From NCBI GenBank assembly GCA_002633005.1, contig NMRA01000325.1, positions 289,290-353,289 of the forward strand: a stretch of 64,000 nucleotides of DNA. The letters run 5' to 3'. The notes below the pieces were generated by a model, which did no database searches, had not been told where the DNA came from, and was given only the letters and a program-made list of their open reading frames with translations. The stretch comes from Phoronis australis (Eukaryota > Animalia > Phoronida). A program made the translations under genes and the position numbers. The stretch's first letter is position 1. Each line of letters opens with the position of its first letter. Shown here one piece after another: positions 62,376-64,000 of the stretch.

Positions 62376-62777
62376 CTAATATAACAACGGCGAGCTCCTC
62401 TTTTGACCGTCACCTAAGTCCTCTTGGTATCTTGATGTCACGACATTCGCACCTTGCGTAAGATTCCTCAAGCTCTGTGCCAGTCCTTGTAAATGGAACC
62501 TAAAGTTTTGTAAACACTTCTCCTCGTCTTCAGAATAATCGATATTGACTACTCCAGGTCCTAAAACGAGTTCTTCTTTAATACCATTAAGCATCTTGTA
62601 AAACGCGTACAAGTCTTCCGGGGCTTTGTCTGTGGTTAATCTCTTCTCGACAATTTTTCCGGGAATGTCCATAAGCCGACTGGGCAGCAAAACTGTACTG
62701 TTCATGTTTTCAACAGACTGAACAAACTGGTTCATGGAAGATAATAACGCAGAGTTTGACTTCTTTTCGTTTTCCAT
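62376..62777 (-). CDS. MID1IP1: Spot14/MID1-interacting protein 1 family protein, 133 aa, single coding exon
   Basis: SALLSSMNQFVQSVENMNSTVLLPSRLMDI, DLYAFYKMLNGIKEEL and FRFHLQGL...LTQGANVVTSRYQE are Spot_14 family blocks. A minus-strand AATAAA lies at 61181-61186. Confidence 0.92.
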   Translation of the reverse strand: MENEKKSNSALLSSMNQFVQSVENMNSTVLLPSRLMDIPGKIVEKRLTTDKAPEDLYAFYKMLNGIKEELVLGPGVVNIDYSEDEEKCLQNFRFHLQGLAQSLRNLTQGANVVTSRYQEDLGDGQKRSSPLLY

Positions 62778-63213
62778 TATTCAAAATCTGCTTTCCCAGG
62801 CCTTGAATTGATAAGTCAGAATGCAGCAGAAAATAAACGCTACCGTACAACCTCGACCGGCTCCACTGCACGAATAAGACTGCCGGTACCTGCGCAAAAG
62901 ACAGAATATGAAGCTTCAGTAAACTGAATGTGCCGAAAACAAGCAACTACATGAGCCTGAAACGTGAAACCAGTAGTACCGGCATCCTATTTGTTTGTAT
63001 TTATTCCTTAGGGGAGACGCATCATATTTATGATTTTTAAAAGATCGCGTAATTCAAAAAAAAATAGGTTTTTGTATATACATCGTTTATTCTGTAGTTA
63101 AAATATACTCTTCTACGTTACAGCAAATTAATCTATATGTTTGTTTTTAAATTGCTCTGACTTTTCAGAAGTAAACTCCCTCGTTAAAAGTAAACTCGTC
63201 TAAAACTGACCCA

Positions 63214-63252
63214 GGTCATGATCACGCGGCTTCCACGCCCCCTGCGATTGGT
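63214..63252 (-). promoter_or_regulatory. Candidate MID1IP1 promoter module: CCAAT box, GC box and SRE-like site
   Basis: The minus strand reads AACCAATCGCAGGGGGCGTGGAAGCCGCGTGATCATGACC, about 450 bp upstream of the ATG. Confidence 0.4.
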
Positions 63253-64000
63253 TCAATTTCATTGAACTATAAGGTGGCAATAGTTGTTTGTACATGTAGA
63301 AACCATCGATTGAATTGTTTGCAGCTCTTAGGACTGAGCATAAATGAGTTGCTTGATTCAATAATAGAAACAATGTCAACAACAAGGTAATAGCTACGAG
63401 ACATAAACGTATATAGCACAATGTAAACAAAACGGAAGCAATATTTCAATGAAAAATAAATCTCATTGCATAATGCTTATTTATTTGACTTCATCGACTG
63501 GTATAATATTGTTTTATGCCCGAGGTTTTAAGATATGAAAATATCAAACAAACTTAACCCGGAAAAATGTACCAATTTTTGCTGAAATGTTCATTTGGTT
63601 GAATCCGCATCAGACCAGTTTACTATCTAACATCCCATATGTCAATCATTTTTAAGCCCAACAACCCAAACGCGTTTTGAAAGCATGTAATCAGTAACAA
63701 TTAAGCACTCACGAGGTGACAGGACCGTCTCCCAACGAGGATCGACTGACCAACACAGTATCATTTACAAATAAAATATAATTCGACGACATTTCTTGAG
63801 TCAGCTCAAAAATGGCAAAGAGACAATTCATGAAAAATTCGAGAAGAAGAAATGAAGACCACTAGTTGTCAAAAGCAGAAATGGTCACTTGGAATCACAT
63901 TCGATGCCAGGGGCAGATCCAGGATATTGAGTTCGGGGTGGAGAGGTGGGGCTGGGCAGAGTATTAGCCAGGACTTTGCCCGTCAGACATTCGCATTGCC

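Overview
AT-rich, intron-rich genomic DNA from a bilaterian invertebrate. A lophotrochozoan or mollusc-like origin is inferred only from the repeat style. Five protein-coding genes can be reconstructed exon by exon: the 3' part of Rab6 (+, last intron U12-type), an angiomotin (+, ~698 aa), TTC29 (-, last exon uncertain), SUPT7L (+, ~393 aa) and an intronless Spot14/MID1IP1 homologue (-). Introns and intergenic DNA hold two Helentron-derived (HINE-like) elements, a degenerate mariner with a nested MITE, LINE, SINE and ISL2EU/Harbinger fragments, several minisatellites and an assembly gap (50156-50439). The two strongest oddities are (1) the HINE-like elements, whose ~150-bp monomers each carry a co-oriented CTCF consensus, forming mobile arrays of insulator-like sites, and (2) an alternating head-to-head/tail-to-tail palindromic concatemer between the divergent TTC29 and SUPT7L starts. 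Other points of interest are Rab6-AMOT-Spot14 linkage resembling a vertebrate paralogon, a splice-dependent basic tail in SUPT7L, tandemly duplicated splice sites and decayed Penelope-type hammerheads. No searches were run; all homology calls are from recognition of translated sequence.
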